NCBI RefSeq assembly: GCF_001194135.2
Contig: NC_068981.1
Location: 185,742,218 to 185,782,142, forward strand
Source: Octopus bimaculoides
Taxonomy: Eukaryota
Direction: 5' to 3'
DNA: 39,925 nucleotides
How positions within the stretch are numbered: position 1 is the stretch's first letter; each line of letters opens with the position of its first letter. The notes under the pieces are model-generated. The model saw only the letters and a list, made by a program, of their open reading frames with translations. It did not search any database and was not told the origin of the DNA. The position numbers and the translations under genes are program-made. Shown in pieces: positions 36,007-39,925 of the stretch.

Positions 36007-36659
36007 ACATTTTTGTGCATACGTAAAACGGTCTCTCCGTAAATCACAGGAGATACAATTGTATTAGTTGTGTTAGAATTACATTCAATAGTTTTTGCTG
36101 TGAATCAAGTGAATATGTATCGTGACAGCAGACATATTATAGTTAAGTGTCTAAATGACAGAACACATGACACAGCTATACGTGATCTGAAAAAGATGCG
36201 AAAAATAATGGAAACTGTATGTTTTAGTCGTTGATCACGTGTTCGATTTAACTTAATATTTTAACGGAAAAGAATCACTATGGAAATACTAAATATACTT
36301 ACCAGCATATAGTAAATTTTGTAATGTATTATTATGGCAGATTTGATCCATTTAGACATAATTTCTATGTCATGCAAAATGAAAATAATAATTACGATGT
36401 AAACTAAAGTTAGATGTTAGATAAGATTTAGGTGAAAAATTCAGATCCCATTTGGAAACAAAACAGACAAGCTAAGTGACAAAATAATGGATATATCTAT
36501 AGATGTTTATGTATAACATGTTTAGATATTGAAATTATTGTATTTTCCCTCTTACAGTGTACATAATTATGAAACGCCGTTGTCATACTAAAATGAAGTT
36601 GGGTTTGACAAACATGAATAAGAGCCAGACATAGAACTAATTAAAAATATTGTACATTT

Positions 36660-37048
36660 ATACATACATACTTTCATATATATATATGTATGCATACGTA
36701 TACAGTCACACAGACATATAAATTCATATATGTATGTATATATATATACACACACACACAGACATATATATTCATATATATATATTTATTTATGTATTCA
36801 TACATACGCACATATATATATATATACATATAGGTGTATATGTAAATTTATATGTATATACGTATATGTATATATGTATATACGTATATAATGTATATAT
36901 ATATATATATGTGCGTGAAGCGTGTGTGCGTGAGTGCGTGCGTGTGGGTGCATGTGTGTGTATATTTATCTATATCTATCTATATGTGTGAGTGAATGTG
37001 CGTGTTGTTGTGTATACGCGGTTGTGTGTGTATGTGTGTGTGTGTGTG

Positions 37049-37088
<40 letters not shown>

Positions 37089-37100
37089 AGTGTATGCGTG
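36660..37100. repeat. Compound TA/TG/GA microsatellite region
   Basis: Directly visible. Confidence 0.85.
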
Positions 37101-37712
37101 TGTGTTTATTCAGATGTGTACGACTCAAACAAAATTACTACAAATGTCAGATTCAGATTTATATGACGTAATTATGGGGTTTTGTGTATTGTTTCATAAA
37201 TTAGTTCATATCACTCCTGTTCAGAAATAAAGACATATCTACGAATACGTGAACATTGAATGAATGACGTCTATAGATCTAAATAATTGCAATGGAGACC
37301 TGAATTATAGATAAGTTATGTACGCGAATTAGATACTAAATATTTATTGCAAACAGTATCTTTCATTGGTTAAATTTTTTGGTGTGTTAATATCGCATTT
37401 GTCCATCATTTTCTATTAGATATTTCCACAGATATGTGTATGCGGAAGCTTCTCTCTTTATAATATGCGATGATATGCATACACATTTGTCCATATGTGT
37501 GTGCTTATATATATATAATAATAATATATATATGCATATATTCATACATATATGTACATACATACACACACAAACACATATATATATGCATATATAAGTA
37601 GAGGACGTCACAAAACGTAAAGAACATGAAATATGAAATCAACATGAAATACGAAAACGCTACGCATCCATTTCGAAGTAAGCTTATCTTATATATATAT
37701 ATATATGTATCA

Positions 37713-37884
37713 TGGCACTCCGTCGGTTACGACGAGGGCTCCAGTTGATCCGATCAACAGAACAACCTTCTCCTGAAATTAACCTGCAAATGGCTGAGCA
37801 CTCCACAGACACGTGTACCCTTAACGTAGTTCTCGGGGAGATTCAGCGTGACACAGAGTGTGACAAGGCTGGCCCTTTGAAATA
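37713..37884 (-). mobile_element. SINE family A, 3-prime part
   Basis: GCACTCCACAGACACGTGTACCCTTAACGTAGTTCTC..GTGACAAGGCTGGCCCTTTGAAATA is the reverse complement of family A. Confidence 0.85.
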
Positions 37885-38375
37885 GAAAGAAAGAGTGAGA
37901 GAATTTTTGGAGAAAGAGTACAGCAGTATTCGCCACTAGCCCCTGCCGGATCTTCATGGAGCTTTAGGTGTTTTCACTCAATGGACAATCNNNNNNNNNN
38001 NNNNNNNNNNNNNNNNNNNNNNNNNNNNNNNNNNNNNNNNNNNNNNNNNNNNNNNNNNNNNNNNNNNNNNNNNNNNNNNNNNNNNNNNNNNNNNNNNNNN
38101 NNNNNNNNNNNNNNNNNNNNNNNNNNNNNNNNNNNNNNNNNNNNNNNNNNNNNNNNNNNNNNNNNNNNNNNNNNNNNNNNNNNNNNNNNNNNNNNNNNNN
38201 NNNNNNNNNNNNNNNNNNNNNNNNNNNNNNNNNNNNNNNNNNNNNNNNNNNNNNNNNNNNNNNNNNNNNNNNNNNNNNNNNNNNNNNNNNNNNNNNNNNN
38301 NNNNNNNNNNNNNNNNNNNNNNNNNNNNNNNNNNNNNNNNNNNNNNNNNNNNNNNNNNNNNNNNNNTATATATAT

Positions 38376-38411
<36 letters not shown>

Positions 38412-38430
38412 TGATGTATATATATATATA

Positions 38431-38473
38431 TAAGTTACGGGGACCTAAACACACCAGCATCGGTTGTCAAGCG
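38431..38473 (-). mobile_element. SINE family C small fragment
   Basis: TAAGTTACGGGGACCTAAACACACCAGCATCGGTTGTCAAGCG matches 12387-12429. Confidence 0.7.
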
Positions 38474-38539
38474 TCGGTTTTATTGTTTGCGTCGGTTTCA
38501 ACTGTGCGCCCATTACCCTCCGAGGTGGGGATTATTTTA

Positions 38540-38850
38540 TGTACCGAGAGTGATTAAAATCAAACATCCAATCAACATCATGATGTTTGGTTTGGAGTGA
38601 TCACTAGTGATGGCGAGGTTATGCCTCCACTCATCTTCCTACACGGTCTCAGACTCAACACAGAGGCCTACATCATGTGCCTGGAGGAGGTAGTGCTTTC
38701 CTGGGTCAAGAGGGTGGTTGCTGGAAGACCCTATGTCTGACAACAGACCCTATGTCTGCACCATGCTACAGAAGCAGGAGAGCCCAGTCATGGCTGTCAG
38801 ACAATTTCTGCGACCACACCACCCCTAACATCTGACCACTTCACACCCCA
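38540..38850 (+). mobile_element. Second DD37D/maT transposase fragment
   Basis: KIKHPINIMMF..VITSDGEVMPPLIF.HGLRLNTEAY..CLEEVVLSWVKRVVAGRPYV; nucleotide-homologous to 6290-6520. Confidence 0.85.
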
Positions 38851-39218
38851 GCATTTTTTGATATGTCATGTTATTATCTGTTATTATATATGTTTTTTTA
38901 TTTATATAAACATAAATCTGTCCTCAAATATCTTACGTACTCTGTATATAAAACGTAATTTAGATTCAGATGAATTAGTTACTTAAATAGAGGCACCTTG
39001 TTAGGACAAACTAGTTTTCACACTCAGACATTATTAGGCGAGTATCAACTCAACGTAAAATTATATGCAGAGGATACAATCCAACTTAGGGAACAAATCC
39101 GCACTTGTTTGTTCAGACATATACTTTATATAAAAATACATTCCAAATACTTTCAAACCGTAGATTTCAGGGTAGGTGAGTAAAATATAAATGAGAAAAA
39201 ACGTATAAATGTCAATAA

Positions 39219-39366
39219 GCGTCAATTCATTACTGCCGTTTTGAGCAACTCCTTTAACTAATCAAGGAAATCATCAAAAGGGATGAGAACGGTCTTTTTG
39301 TAATGATGTAATGCGGTCATTGATCAATTAAAGGAGTCGCTCGAAGCGGCCGTAATGAATTGACGC
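39219..39366. mobile_element. MITE-like hairpin element, 47-bp inverted arms
   Basis: 39219-39265 versus 39320-39366, 6 mismatches; no TSD seen. Confidence 0.7.
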
Positions 39367-39410
39367 GTGTACTTCTTTGTTACCCATTTATACACATACA
39401 CACTGACACT

Positions 39411-39414
<4 letters not shown>

Positions 39415-39498
<84 letters not shown>
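39415..39498. repeat. (CA)n(TA)n microsatellite
   Basis: Directly visible. Confidence 0.95.
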
Positions 39499-39737
39499 AA
39501 GAGTGGAGTAAACGCATGTTATACCTGCATAATTTTATTCCGACATATGTTTCGAAGAATTACAATTTATACTCGGTTATAACGTCTTACGTTTAAGCTG
39601 GTTCCCATACACTTCCCTGAGGAGAAGTTTACATTTTTAACATCGCCGATTCCTATGGATCGCATAAATTGTAATTCTTCGAAACATATGTCGGAATAAA
39701 AGTATGTAGTTATAACATGCGTTTACTCCATTCTTTA
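39497..39737. mobile_element. MITE with 74-bp terminal inverted repeats, TA at both ends
   Basis: 39497-39570 versus 39664-39737, 4 mismatches (TAAAGAGTGGAGTAAACGCATG.. / ..CATGCGTTTACTCCATTCTTTA); 93-bp spacer. Confidence 0.8.
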
Positions 39738-39892
39738 AACTTATATATACTCAAATTCCCAAAATATCAAGGAGTTTCTGCCTCACAAACAGGAGTTACG
39801 CTACAGTTATTTTGTGATCTTTGCTACCCTGGTTTCTATTAACCCATTTATTTTATCCGAATTATTCTTAATTAGGAGAAAATAAATACATA

Positions 39893-39925
<33 letters not shown>

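Overview
AT-rich eukaryotic (animal) draft-assembly sequence with 13 N-gaps (about 3.6 kb in total), most of them next to microsatellites. No host gene can be called with confidence. The window is made of microsatellites, three multi-copy tRNA-headed SINE families, and decayed retroelements (two RTE-clade LINEs, two R4-like RLE LINE fragments, several Penelope-like elements). It also holds decayed DNA transposons (two DD37D/maT copies, a mariner relic, a pogo/Tigger-type MITE, a possible hAT relic) and several long inverted-repeat elements. From recall, the SINE families and microsatellite load resemble octopus (coleoid cephalopod) genomes; this is inference and was not checked. Main hunt results: (1) three minimal type-I hammerhead-ribozyme motifs with palindromic helix III, one directly after a Penelope-like endonuclease fragment and two in a shared repeat of probable Penelope origin; (2) several hairpin/foldback elements, including a 221-bp near-perfect palindrome; (3) a SINE trimer inserted as one unit with a target-site duplication and a templated junction; (4) a candidate pair of frame-compatible micro-exons. 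All protein assignments are manual translations compared with remembered family motifs; no database search was run.
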